This document shows positions 1-9,882 of a DNA stretch of 64,000 nucleotides, in pieces. Every line of letters starts with the position of its first letter. Within the stretch, counting starts at the first letter, position 1. Below the pieces are notes generated by a model. The model was not told the origin of the DNA and did not search any database. It worked only from the letters and a program-made list of their open reading frames with translations. The position numbers and the translations under genes are program-made. Source of the stretch: Nostoc sp. DedSLP01 (lineage in GTDB: Bacteria; Cyanobacteriota; Cyanobacteriia; Cyanobacteriales; Nostocaceae); assembly GCA_034530875.2 (NCBI GenBank), contig JAVRCJ020000026.1, forward strand, positions 42,672-106,671, written 5' to 3'.

Positions 1-731
1 AGCACAATTGCTCTTTCCTTGCCCAAATTATGTAAAGCTTGGGCAACAGTTGCCAAAAGTTTCGGTGTAAATAACCCCACCACTTGCCCAGTTGGACGCA
101 AGGGATTTACCAACGGCCCCAGTAAATTAAACACTGTTCGCACTCTGAGAGTCCGCCGTAAGGGTGCAACTGCTTTGAGTGCTGGATGCCAACCAGGAGC
201 AAACAAGAAAGTAATTCCCACTTCGTGTAAAGCAGCTTGTACCTTTTCACTAGGGGCGCTCAAATTTACGCCCAAGGCTTCCAAAACATCGGCGCTTCCC
301 GTAAGACTTGAGGCTGAACGATTCCCATGTTTAGCAACAGGTACACCATAGGCAGCGGCAACAAAGGCAACCGCCGTCGAAATATTAAAAGTTGACGAAC
401 CATCTCCACCAGTGCCGCAGGTATCAATTACAGATTGGTGATTAAGAATTGGGGATTGGGTGGATTTTTCCCCAGTCCCCAGTCCCCAGTCCCCAGTCCC
501 CAGCTTTGATTGCGATTGTAATACTTCAGCCATACCGGTTAACTCGTCGGCAGAAACGCCTTTAAAGTTCAGCGCTGTTAAAATTGCTCCCGATAATTCT
601 GGAGGAACGGCTTCACTGAGCCAACCTTGCATCAATTCAGCAGCTTGAGTACGCGACAATGATTGGCCATCTATTAATTGTTGTAGCAAGACATAATATG
701 ATTCTTGTACAGGGATTGGGGAAGTTGTCAT
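1..731 (-). CDS. trpD: Anthranilate phosphoribosyltransferase (5' part; runs off the window start)
   Basis: Manual minus-strand translation from the ATG at 731 gives MTTSPIP...[40 protein letters not shown]...[10 protein letters not shown], the TrpD signature motifs. It is absent from the ORF track because there is no stop codon in the window. Confidence 0.95.
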   Translation of the reverse strand, partial: MTTSPIPVQESYYVLLQQLIDGQSLSRTQAAELMQGWLSEAVPPELSGAILTALNFKGVSADELTGMAEVLQSQSKLGTGDWGLGTGEKSTQSPILNHQSVIDTCGTGGDGSSTFNISTAVAFVAAAYGVPVAKHGNRSASSLTGSADVLEALGVNLSAPSEKVQAALHEVGITFLFAPGWHPALKAVAPLRRTLRVRTVFNLLGPLVNPLRPTGQVVGLFTPKLLATVAQALHNLGKERAIV

Positions 732-808
732 AGCTAGGGTTTTTGTATGTTTAGGATGTAGCTACCTTGGAGGACATGGGAGCTATACTACCGGAAAATT
801 GGCTTCGA

Positions 809-1690
809 TCAAAGTTCAAGGCTTAAGTTTAAACCTGGATTAATAAGATTTTTATTTTGTAATTTTTTCTTCAAATCAGGTTGAATTTTGTAATTAGTAA
901 TAAATAACTCTTTCCCCTTAGCAGCACTACTCTGTTTATAGTTATTCATGCCATATTGCAATTCCCACTCGGAAATGTTAGCCCATTGAAAATTTTCTCG
1001 AATTTGTGGTGAATCATCGTAAGTAATTAGCCAGGGATGATGGCATTGTTGTAAAAGTTCGGCAAATCTTTGATGTTGAAATGAAGTGTGCAAGTCACCA
1101 TCTTTGCCATATAGTTTTGATTTTGTAGGGCTAAAGTATGGCGGGTCTAAGAACAAAAATATTTTTTTTCCTTCTTTTTGTAAGAGATAACTGTAATCTA
1201 AGTTAGTAATTTCGACATTTTTTGCCAAAATAGATTCTAATTTTTCTAGCCGTTCTATTGAGGAGTCAGTAAAGCGTTTATGAAAAGCTTCTTGAGAAAA
1301 ACCGCCTGATTCTACAGTACCGCTAAAGGTAATTCTATTAAGAACAAAAAATCGGACTGCTCTTTCAAAATCAGATAATTTTTCGATGTCTATATTAGTT
1401 AATTCTGTATATAATAATTTACCATCTCTGTATTTGGCTTTAATATGGCGAATTTCTTTAACTAAGTGAGCTATATCAGATTGGGCAAACTTCCAAAATA
1501 AGAATAGTTCGCGGTTTAAATCGTTAATCCAAATTTTGATATCAGGAAATTTTTGTTTTAAATAAATAAATACCGAACCACCGCCGACAAAAGGTTCTCG
1601 AAATTCAGAGAAATCATCTGGTAAATATTCTACTATTTGATTTATGGCTTTTGACTTGCCACCAGGATATCGCAGAGGGCTTTTAAGCAT
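809..1690 (-). CDS. D12-class (Dam-like) N6-adenine DNA methyltransferase, orphan
   Basis: Motifs LRYPGGKS, EPFVGGGSV (SAM binding) and DPPY (catalytic). Target sequence cannot be assigned from the sequence. Confidence 0.9.
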   Translation of the reverse strand: MLKSPLRYPGGKSKAINQIVEYLPDDFSEFREPFVGGGSVFIYLKQKFPDIKIWINDLNRELFLFWKFAQSDIAHLVKEIRHIKAKYRDGKLLYTELTNIDIEKLSDFERAVRFFVLNRITFSGTVESGGFSQEAFHKRFTDSSIERLEKLESILAKNVEITNLDYSYLLQKEGKKIFLFLDPPYFSPTKSKLYGKDGDLHTSFQHQRFAELLQQCHHPWLITYDDSPQIRENFQWANISEWELQYGMNNYKQSSAAKGKELFITNYKIQPDLKKKLQNKNLINPGLNLSLEL

Positions 1691-1929
1691 TTAGTTTTGC
1701 CATATTTTAGTTTGGCATTTGCTATTAAAACATAGAAATAGATAAGCAAGAATAATTTTATCTTTACTGGTTAAAATTTTTGAAGTGATTTCGTGAGGCT
1801 AAATTTTATGGCCCGTTCTGCACCCTACCAACCTTTGTTGTTGCGAATTCTTCATTGTGCGAGTGGAATTTTAGCGATCGCCAACATACCACAAAAACTA
1901 CGCATCCGTAATAACTCTTGGCTAACTAA

Positions 1930-1980
1930 TTATGTAATTTATGTTGCAATTTCGTAAAAATCTGTTACATTACTTAACGT
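1930..1980. promoter_or_regulatory. HLR1-like (RpaB-type) half-sites upstream of the HLIP gene
   Basis: GTTACATT on + and GCAACATA-AA-TTACATAA on -, both imperfect matches. HLR1 sites are known in hli promoters. Confidence 0.35.
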
Positions 1981-2022
1981 AAGGTTCTAACTGTCACAGC
2001 ATAGAAGCTCGGAGTGTTAATT

Positions 2023-2202
2023 ATGTCAAACGCTAACAAGACTACGCCTTCGGTTTCACAAGATCCTAATGCTTTACGCTGGGGCTTTACTCCTCAGAGT
2101 GAAAACTGGAACGGTCGTTTTGCGATGATTGGTTTTTTAGCTGCCATTCTAGTTGAAGCGTTTTCTGGTCAGGGGATTTTACACTTCTGGGGCATTTTAT
2201 AA
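2023..2202 (+). CDS. hli: High-light-inducible protein (HLIP, CAB/ELIP family)
   Basis: [19 protein letters not shown] contains the ExxNGRxAMxG motif, followed by one TM helix. Confidence 0.95.
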   Translation: MSNANKTTPSVSQDPNALRWGFTPQSENWNGRFAMIGFLAAILVEAFSGQGILHFWGIL

Positions 2203-2330
2203 ATTTAGTCATTAGTCATTAGTAAATACGGATAACTGATGACTAATGATTAATCAAAGTCGTCTTCTGGCCAAAAACAATGGGGCGCAAGGCACAGGAC
2301 ACAATTTCAGAGTGAATAAATCGCCAGTAA

Positions 2331-3440
2331 CTAGCGCGATGAGCGAAATATTACACGACCTGGGGATTCTTCGTGGTTGATTCGTGTATATACTCGCAGA
2401 CAAGTTAATACTTCCCCAGGAGTTCCGCCAAAATCTAGTTGTAAGTCATCTTTAGATGAGGCGCAGATATCTGCATAAAGTCCTGATAATTGGCGAATTC
2501 GGACTTCATAACCTTCATTAATCGCTCTATCGGCGGCTTTTTTGAGGATACGGCGCGATTCGGATTGTAGCTTACCCCACCAAGAATAGCGATCGGCTGG
2601 GGGTAGAAATACCAAAGAGTGTATTGCTTCATCCATATCAATCCAAGCACGCAAAATAGACACGGGATCGGCATTGTCTTCAGCTTTTTGGGTGCGTTGA
2701 CAGCGATCGCTTAAAGCATTAATGTATTGATGCCGCTGTTCTGATTTAGAGTGTAACGAGATGATATCGAAGCTACAAAGACTCTTTAAAGCGTGATATA
2801 AATCTGGTTCTATTTCCAGAAATTTGATATATAAAAATAGGAATCCGACTGCTAAATCGGATTCATTAACTTGGGAAGTTTGAGAATTTAAAAGTGCTTG
2901 CTGAGATAAACTTAATCCTTGAGTTTGAACAGAACCACTCAGTCCAGGATAGATAATTTCATCGCGGATAAAAGGAAGTTGATAGAGATTAGAACTATCA
3001 GCGATCGCGCCGACTTCTTGAGCCATATCTAAGCTGCGCTGTCGCCACAACGCACCCAATTCTTCTGGTATTCTTAGCAGCTTGCGTTGAATTTCATTCC
3101 ACAAATCTGAGTCAGTTTTACTTTGTAATTGGGAATTACCGAGATAGAAATTAAGTTCTGAATCAGAATCAAAAGCTTCCCTTAGATGATTGAGTTTTAA
3201 TGTATTTTGGGGAGAGATAATCGTATCTTCCCAACCAATATCTCGGTGTAAAGGTGTAGGCGCAGGTTGCAATAAATTATGAAGTTCTTGCAATAATTCA
3301 TCGCATAACTTGACTCCTGGATCTAGTGGAAATTCTGCACGAGCGTGATTTAAAGTAGCTTCGAGTCCGGAGAGAGTAAACCGCAATAATTGGCCTAGTT
3401 GGGAGTTTTGTATTTCTAATAATTGACGGAAATGTTGCAT
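2331..3440 (-). CDS. Hypothetical protein, helical, with a possible GrpE-like C-terminal beta region
   Basis: 369-aa ORF, last gene of a three-gene run. The tail GEVLTCLRVYTRINHEESPGRVIF resembles the GrpE end pattern (by-eye inference). Confidence 0.6.
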   Translation of the reverse strand: MQHFRQLLEIQNSQLGQLLRFTLSGLEATLNHARAEFPLDPGVKLCDELLQELHNLLQPAPTPLHRDIGWEDTIISPQNTLKLNHLREAFDSDSELNFYLGNSQLQSKTDSDLWNEIQRKLLRIPEELGALWRQRSLDMAQEVGAIADSSNLYQLPFIRDEIIYPGLSGSVQTQGLSLSQQALLNSQTSQVNESDLAVGFLFLYIKFLEIEPDLYHALKSLCSFDIISLHSKSEQRHQYINALSDRCQRTQKAEDNADPVSILRAWIDMDEAIHSLVFLPPADRYSWWGKLQSESRRILKKAADRAINEGYEVRIRQLSGLYADICASSKDDLQLDFGGTPGEVLTCLRVYTRINHEESPGRVIFRSSR

Positions 3441-3458
3441 GAAGATTACCTTTTTATC

Positions 3459-3564
3459 TCACGCAGAGGCGCAGAGGCGCGGAGAGAAAGAGGAGATTTT
3501 TTCTATCTCACACTAGGATGTAAGGCCTCAACAAAACTCTTTGCGTCTCTGCGTCTCTGCGTGA
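3459..3564. repeat. Intergenic inverted-repeat element (TCACGCAGAGGCGCAGAG...CTCTGCGTCTCTGCGTGA)
   Basis: Arms are built of 9-nt units. A shorter relative lies at 27235-27273. Confidence 0.8.
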
Positions 3565-3571
3565 AGTAATT

Positions 3572-6529
3572 CTAATGTATACCGCAAAATGGATCGCGTT
3601 CTTTATCAACTTCATTAGGTTGTAATTCTAATTCAGCAATATAAACGCATCCTTCTTCTTTGAGACATTCTTGATTTGTCGATCTCCAATAAGGTACTTC
3701 ACCTGCGTGCATCCGTAAAATACCTTGATTATCGAGAGTCACACGATATTGACAAGGATAATCTGTTGTAATGTCTGGTTTGCTGAGTGCGCCAATTCGT
3801 ATCCATTTTTTCGTTTGGGTTTCGGCGTCTGTTTGATAAATATAAAAGGTATGCTGGCCAGTTTTTGGGAAAGGAGGTAAGGGATTACTAATTAATCCGA
3901 TTCCTGATTGTGCTGCGCTATCATCCAAATAGTGAAATTCTTGGAAAGAGCGATCGCTATTTCCAACTTCAAATACTAGATGATAAGCATCTGCTCGATC
4001 CACAGTTGCAGATTCGATCACATTAACTGCAATATCACCATCATTTAAGTCTTTATTGGGGCGTTCTATAGCAATATTCCACTTTAATGTACCATCAGCA
4101 AATAGCGCTGAACTTTCTGAAATTAGATTTCCTAAATCAATGCCAGGAATGTCAATTAAATAATGGGGATTTCCTTGACAAAGTAAAACCTTAAATTCAA
4201 GCGTTTGGTCAATTTCAAACTGAATTTTGATTTTTTTGAGAAATGCTGCTTCTTCCATTCCTAACTTATTCATCAGGTTTTTACCGTCGAAGCTACCCCA
4301 AAGCCGTAAATCTCCTTCTTCGTAATCTTGGCGGTAGATAATATTAGTTAATTGTATCCCTTGCCAAGGAGTACGGACTTTGGCGACAGTCTCCCAAGGT
4401 GCTAGTTGATAAAGTTCTTGTCCGGCTCGGAATATAGTCAATAAATCGTTGCTTTGAGTTTTACGTTTGAAGTTACAGGGCAAATAATAAAATAGATTTT
4501 TTACATCAATTTCTAACTGATTGGCTCCCTTACGCAGTAAGGTTTTAGATTCTTCTGGATCGAATCTCAATCGGCGTAATTTTTCGGCATAGCAAGCACC
4601 GGCGGAGGTAGCTAATTTAGTAAATTCAAGGACAAATGTAATACGTTCTGGATTCCAAACAAAATACGGAGACTTGCTGAATTCTTGATAGATTTGGCGT
4701 TGCACTAAATCAAGGTTGCAAGTTTTACCAGATAAGATTAACCAATCAACTTTTTGAGAATTCCAAAAATATTTGGTAAGATTCTCAGGACGCAAACGGC
4801 TTTCCATTAATCCTTTAGCAATGCCGATCGCTTCTTTAATTCCGGAAACTGCGGCTCGTTGAAATTGCCGATTGTCTAGAGTGACGCAGATGTTATTTGG
4901 GTCTTTAACTGGGAATTTAATAGCACTTTGGCTGAGGAGTTCGGAAATTTCTTGTTCGGAAAGCGTAAAGGTTAGTAGAGAATTATTATTGGGTGCTTTT
5001 TGTCCAAGTTTTAGTTTAGCTGCTTCTGCATAATCCCACAGCAGATAAAATGTTTGTAGGCGTTGTGGTGCTTGTTGCCAACGAGTAGGTAATACTTTTT
5101 CAGCAATATCTAAAGCATCTTTATAAGCGACATCACCTTCTGGATTTTCCTTGTCCAAACATTTTAAAAGACTGCCAGTTTTGAATTTGCCTTGTTCTAA
5201 AAAACGCTCGTTTAATTCCGAGTTAATTAAATCTTCTAACTTTTCGCTTTCAATATTACCTGTGGTGACTGCTGTTAATACAAAGTCAGCGATCGCAACT
5301 TTCAAAAGTCGAAAAATTCGCAGTGTAATTAATTCACCACCTAGCTGTAAATGACCGGACGAACCTAATAGCTTAGGAGTCAATTTGTAATAACGTCCTC
5401 CTAAACCGCGGTCTTCATCATTAGCAAAAGTTGGGGTTTTATCTTCCAGAGTTAATTCTATTAAAGCTAAATCTGTGGTACCGCCGCCGATATCCAAAAC
5501 GAGGACATTTTGCGACCATTTATTTCCAGTTTGGCGACAACGAGTTTTGAAGGATTCGATACCAATATTCAGATTACCACCAAATTCTCGCCACAAAAAG
5601 AATATCGCCACAGAAACAGCTTCATCATAAGCAGTTTGGACATCATCAATTGCCAACTGTTCGACTAATTCTTTAACTTCCTTGCGAACAACAGGCGGGG
5701 CGACTGTTGGATAGGTAACAACTGCTGTTAACAAATCCCCTTCAGAAAATCTGCGTCGCGCCCGTTGGCGGTAGTCTTCAGTTAACTTTATTAAATGCGC
5801 CCAAGCAGATTGAATTAATTCTTTTGCGGTAATTGTTTCTTCCTTGCCATCCAAATTAACTGAAAACGATCGCTCTTGACCAAAATAGCGTTTTGGTGAA
5901 TGATGAAACCTGCTAATAATTTCCTTTAAACTACCGCTTGTACCTTGAGCGATCGCTTTTTTTCGATTATCTCTCGCTTCCCTACCCATCCGCAGTTGTA
6001 ATTTGCCTAAATCAGAAATTTCCGATTCACTAGGAATTTCTGTTTCGCGGCGGTCTATATCCAACACAACTGGAATGAGATTTTGCGATTCTAAGGTAGG
6101 AACGCGGAACACTTCATGATAGATTTGATATAGTTTTTTGCTGACAGCGCGACGGAATCTTTCGCTATTGCCTAAGCAAAGTTCAATTTGGCGAATTGCT
6201 TCTAAAAATCGTTCTTTGTTATCAGTTTCAAAAACTTCGCTTAATTTTCTTGGTTCTACTTCTAGGTTTTTACTAATTTCGAGAATAAACTTTTCCCAAT
6301 CATCATCGCTGACATCTGGTAATGCTACAGAAGCAGGAGAACTCAGCCATTGCGATAAGCGATCGCGCAATCGAATTTCTTGTTCTTTGGGTAAAATTTC
6401 AGCAATGGGTACTTCAATGGGATCGAAAAGAGTAACTGTAGAATTCGACGTCCCAAAATCTAATGCGAACCATCCCGGAAATCTTTTTTGTTGTTTATCA
6501 GTATAGTTGTTCAATTGAAAAGAGTTCAT
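3572..6529 (-). CDS. Atypical large Hsp70/actin-fold ATPase
   Basis: LDFGTSNS (phosphate 1), SPKRYFG, AVVTYP, DEAVSVA, LDIGGGTTD (phosphate 2), LGGE, AEAAKLKL and LILSG occur in Hsp70 order. 985 aa with large inserts and a non-DnaK C-terminus. Confidence 0.85.
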   Translation of the reverse strand: MNSFQLNNYTDKQQKRFPGWFALDFGTSNSTVTLFDPIEVPIAEILPKEQEIRLRDRLSQWLSSPASVALPDVSDDDWEKFILEISKNLEVEPRKLSEVFETDNKERFLEAIRQIELCLGNSERFRRAVSKKLYQIYHEVFRVPTLESQNLIPVVLDIDRRETEIPSESEISDLGKLQLRMGREARDNRKKAIAQGTSGSLKEIISRFHHSPKRYFGQERSFSVNLDGKEETITAKELIQSAWAHLIKLTEDYRQRARRRFSEGDLLTAVVTYPTVAPPVVRKEVKELVEQLAIDDVQTAYDEAVSVAIFFLWREFGGNLNIGIESFKTRCRQTGNKWSQNVLVLDIGGGTTDLALIELTLEDKTPTFANDEDRGLGGRYYKLTPKLLGSSGHLQLGGELITLRIFRLLKVAIADFVLTAVTTGNIESEKLEDLINSELNERFLEQGKFKTGSLLKCLDKENPEGDVAYKDALDIAEKVLPTRWQQAPQRLQTFYLLWDYAEAAKLKLGQKAPNNNSLLTFTLSEQEISELLSQSAIKFPVKDPNNICVTLDNRQFQRAAVSGIKEAIGIAKGLMESRLRPENLTKYFWNSQKVDWLILSGKTCNLDLVQRQIYQEFSKSPYFVWNPERITFVLEFTKLATSAGACYAEKLRRLRFDPEESKTLLRKGANQLEIDVKNLFYYLPCNFKRKTQSNDLLTIFRAGQELYQLAPWETVAKVRTPWQGIQLTNIIYRQDYEEGDLRLWGSFDGKNLMNKLGMEEAAFLKKIKIQFEIDQTLEFKVLLCQGNPHYLIDIPGIDLGNLISESSALFADGTLKWNIAIERPNKDLNDGDIAVNVIESATVDRADAYHLVFEVGNSDRSFQEFHYLDDSAAQSGIGLISNPLPPFPKTGQHTFYIYQTDAETQTKKWIRIGALSKPDITTDYPCQYRVTLDNQGILRMHAGEVPYWRSTNQECLKEEGCVYIAELELQPNEVDKERDPFCGIH

Positions 6530-6605
6530 TATAGTATCAAATGGTTATGTTTAATGCTGATTTTTTATTTAGGGCGATGCTTTAAACTGCATCTAATGAA
6601 ACATC

Positions 6606-9152
6606 TCAGTAAAAAACACCAGCAATATCTGAAAGAATCTGCAACCAACTAGGAACTGCAATTTCAATTGGAAAATCACCCGCTGTTAAATATCTCAGTA
6701 ATGTTTCTTTTTTCGAGAAGTTTTGCAAACTAGGAATAATTCCATCCAAAATGCCTTCTAGTTCGGAATTAATTTGCTGATTCACTTCACTAACATATTG
6801 CACTAAATGAAGGCTAGCACTAGCAGTAATTTCATCTCGTAGCCGCAGTATTAAAAGTTGATGATTGATAGATCTGGGTAAGCCTTGGCTTTTCTCTGGT
6901 GCCCAGTCGAAGATTTGACCAACGTTGTGTTTATCGTCTTGACGCGCTAGGGGAAAAATATTTTCTGGTGCAACGGTTTTGTCTGTGTTACTAATTTCAG
7001 AAATGATTGCTTCTTTCCATTCGTTGGGGTCGCATCCTAGTAAGAGCTTATAAAATAAATCGGCTTCTTCTACACCAAATTTGGTTTCGATTTCTTGTTC
7101 CATCTCTGGTTGGAGAATTGCTTTCAATTGTTCGCGTTCTGGGGCGACTTCATTTGACAATTGACTCAACAAATCTACCACTGCTTGACGAATGCGATCG
7201 CGGGCAAATTCTTCTACTTCTTTAACAGTTTTTTCAAATACTAGATAAAAATCATCGCTCTTTGTCGGCACAGAAGTATTAACGCGATTTCCTCTATCAA
7301 ATAATTTGCCAGCCGCACCTTTAGATTCAGTTAGAGCAATGCTACCATTGTTGATTTTATTGAACAGTAAAGTCCACTGACTCCAATTCAGTATTTTAAA
7401 CGTAAGTTCGTCTTTAACGACATCGCTCACAACAACACCGCGTCTGTCTTGAAGTGGTTCTTTTCCTAAAGTTTTTTGAAAATTCCTGTAGATTTTATCT
7501 AAACTTTCCACCACAAAACGCAACTCCAGAAAAGCAGGACTGTCTCCTGTGGGGATGCCTTGCTCGTGAATTTCATCTAAGATATCTTTCAGATGATCTT
7601 GTTGCTGACTTACTACATCAGCAGCTCTTTTAGTATCTTCATACAATTGCTTTAAACCATGAGTAGCGACATGATTTTGAATCAATTCTCGGAGCTTACT
7701 CAGACTACCATCTTGAGCAAAATAACCTAATTGTCTGCCTAAATAGCTGCGGGTATTTGATTCTAACAATGCTTGGCTTAAGCGTCGCCATTTATCTTGT
7801 AGCCGCTTAGATCTATCTAAATAATCAGGATAGTCTAAGTTAGCTAAAAACTCTGGCGAACCTGCTTTGACTTGACTCGAACGTTTCGCTAAATCAGCCA
7901 GTCCTAATAGTGGCGACAGTAAAACGATGCGGTCTTTTTGAGTTGTAAACGCCTGGGCGCCATCAATGGTGGTTTGCAAAACTTTGAGTTTTTGGAAAAC
8001 AGTTTCCTCGTCTAAATCTCGATCTTCAGTCAGTTGGTCGAGTTCTCTTTCGCCACCCTCATTCTCCAAAGGTAATTGGTCGAAGCGACCCACACCCACG
8101 AGAATTAAATCTTTCAAGTCTTGTCCTGGTCGCTGCTGCTGCATCATCGTAAAGATTTTATGAGCGCGATCGCTTCCCGGAGATTTACCATTGAGCAGTA
8201 CCAAAATTGTCTGTACTTCTGCCAATTCCCGCAGTGACAAAAAGGTATCTCTCGCACCGGAATTAGCAGCGCCCAAGCCGGGAAAATCGATCAGAATAAA
8301 TTTAGCAGCACCCGTAACATCCCAAATTTCCCGCGAGATTTTCACATCAATATCTACGCGGCGAATCAGTGGAAAGCTGTTTTGTAATAATTTCGTTGGT
8401 AGCCTCTGGGGTGGACTCGGTAACCGAATATGCGCTGGCGGTAGATCCTCAAAGCTGAGAGTTTGGATAGCCATCGGCTGTTCGACTAGCTGTAGCCCTT
8501 CGCGGGCAGTGGTAGCATCAATCTGGTAGCGTCCGCTACACATTACTTGACCATACGCTTGATAAGCCCGAATGAATAAGACTAACTCTCTCAATAAATA
8601 CCGTAGTTCGAGATTGTTAGAACTGTTCCATGCTTCCTCACACCAGTCAATAATATCTTTCCCAGAGTTAAGCTTTGACACTGGTATGGGAGGCAGCCCT
8701 GCCGCCGTTGTCCGTTTATTGGCTTCTCCCAGCATGAAACGCAGACACTCATGCACCCCCTCGTGGGAAAGATATTCTACTGTAAAATTACTGAGTTGCG
8801 TAGTTGCAAAGTCATCTTGGGGTATGATGTGCAGGGCGGTGACGTTACCTGTAGTTGGGTTTTCACTTACTGGCAAAGCATCTGCATATCCAATCAAACT
8901 GCCTAAAAGTAAAGTTTTGCCGCTGCTGAATTCTCCCATCACACCAATTTTCACAGGCGAAGTGGCAAGATCTACAGTTTTTTCTGCCGCTTCTCGCAGA
9001 CGACGCAGACAATCATCAAGGCTAGCCGGAACCCAATCTTCTTGTTGTGAAGGATATTCGGGTACAGAATCTATCTTCCGGAGGATGAATTCACCATACT
9101 CTTTAAAACTAGCTAGTTTGTCTGTTTCCATAGAGTAGTTTCCGCCTAACAT
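6606..9152 (-). CDS. Dynamin-like GTPase (alternative start at 9131)
   Basis: G1 GEFSSGKT, G2 PTT, G3 DFPG, G4-position GRFD, then a long helical region. Confidence 0.85.
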   Translation of the reverse strand: MLGGNYSMETDKLASFKEYGEFILRKIDSVPEYPSQQEDWVPASLDDCLRRLREAAEKTVDLATSPVKIGVMGEFSSGKTLLLGSLIGYADALPVSENPTTGNVTALHIIPQDDFATTQLSNFTVEYLSHEGVHECLRFMLGEANKRTTAAGLPPIPVSKLNSGKDIIDWCEEAWNSSNNLELRYLLRELVLFIRAYQAYGQVMCSGRYQIDATTAREGLQLVEQPMAIQTLSFEDLPPAHIRLPSPPQRLPTKLLQNSFPLIRRVDIDVKISREIWDVTGAAKFILIDFPGLGAANSGARDTFLSLRELAEVQTILVLLNGKSPGSDRAHKIFTMMQQQRPGQDLKDLILVGVGRFDQLPLENEGGERELDQLTEDRDLDEETVFQKLKVLQTTIDGAQAFTTQKDRIVLLSPLLGLADLAKRSSQVKAGSPEFLANLDYPDYLDRSKRLQDKWRRLSQALLESNTRSYLGRQLGYFAQDGSLSKLRELIQNHVATHGLKQLYEDTKRAADVVSQQQDHLKDILDEIHEQGIPTGDSPAFLELRFVVESLDKIYRNFQKTLGKEPLQDRRGVVVSDVVKDELTFKILNWSQWTLLFNKINNGSIALTESKGAAGKLFDRGNRVNTSVPTKSDDFYLVFEKTVKEVEEFARDRIRQAVVDLLSQLSNEVAPEREQLKAILQPEMEQEIETKFGVEEADLFYKLLLGCDPNEWKEAIISEISNTDKTVAPENIFPLARQDDKHNVGQIFDWAPEKSQGLPRSINHQLLILRLRDEITASASLHLVQYVSEVNQQINSELEGILDGIIPSLQNFSKKETLLRYLTAGDFPIEIAVPSWLQILSDIAGVFY

Positions 9153-9439
9153 AAATTTCTCTGAGCTTCAGGACATACAAAATGCGATCGCCAGGGATCT
9201 ATACAACAGACTGGGTATGAGAAACAGGATAGGGAACGCAGTAGAAGGTGCAGTAATTCTTCTTCCTTTGCTTGTACGTCTCCCCATCTTCTTCATCTCC
9301 CCCACTCCCCATTCCCTCATCGGCCTGAAGCTACCAGGACAATTTCCAAAATCTGGCTTTACGGAGCAAAATAATTATTGATTTAATATAAAAATCTTGA
9401 AATTTGTGAATTTTCTATGAAGAGTTGAAGAAGGTAGAA

Positions 9440-9526
9440 GGCAGGAGGCCGTTTTTGTAACGAAGACCCCATTCCAAAAACTTTTCGCCTTAAAAGGCGA
9501 GTTTTAGACCCGATTGTTTCGATAAC
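9440..9526 (+). repeat. About 88-bp dispersed repeat, copy 1 (direct repeat of 13062-13150)
   Basis: Shared blocks GGCAGGAGGCCGTTTTTGTAACGA, ACCCCATTCCAAA and GACCCGATTGTTTCGATAAC. Confidence 0.85.
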
Positions 9527-9882
9527 GATGATTTTTAACACTGAGCTACTTATATAGTTTTCATGAAGCTCAATTAGATTTTTCAACCGTAAATTTACGC
9601 AATCCATATCAATTTATTAATGATTTATATAAAAAAGCTAGTTAAGTAAATTTCCTGAGGAAAAAAACTTTTAATTTCAAGGAAAACGGTGAAGTTGGTC
9701 TTAATCAAAACTTCAGCATTTCTCTAATTTATTTACACAAAAAGAGGAATTAATATATATCCAAAAACAAATAAAGTATTAAGATAATTACCAGGCTGAG
9801 ATCGAAATATTATACACATTTTTTAACAAATCTAGTTTGAGAAATTTTACATCAATAATTTAGGCATAGAAGGCAGGCAAAA

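Noticed and set aside
19..648. Plus-strand ORFs 19..351 and 460..648
   Set aside because: Antisense shadows of trpD.
3572..6529. Naming the gene dnaK
   Set aside because: Too long, lacks the DnaK linker and substrate-binding signatures, and the adenosine motif is divergent.
8191..9138. Plus-strand ORFs of 112 and 188 aa, and similar short ORFs overlapping long genes throughout the window
   Set aside because: Antisense or alternative-frame shadows of motif-supported genes, with no motifs of their own.
9383..9607. Small paralogous ORFs 9383..9607 and 12933..13184 (KVFGMG..SSLQKRPPA)
   Set aside because: The similarity is only the translation of the shared non-coding repeat.
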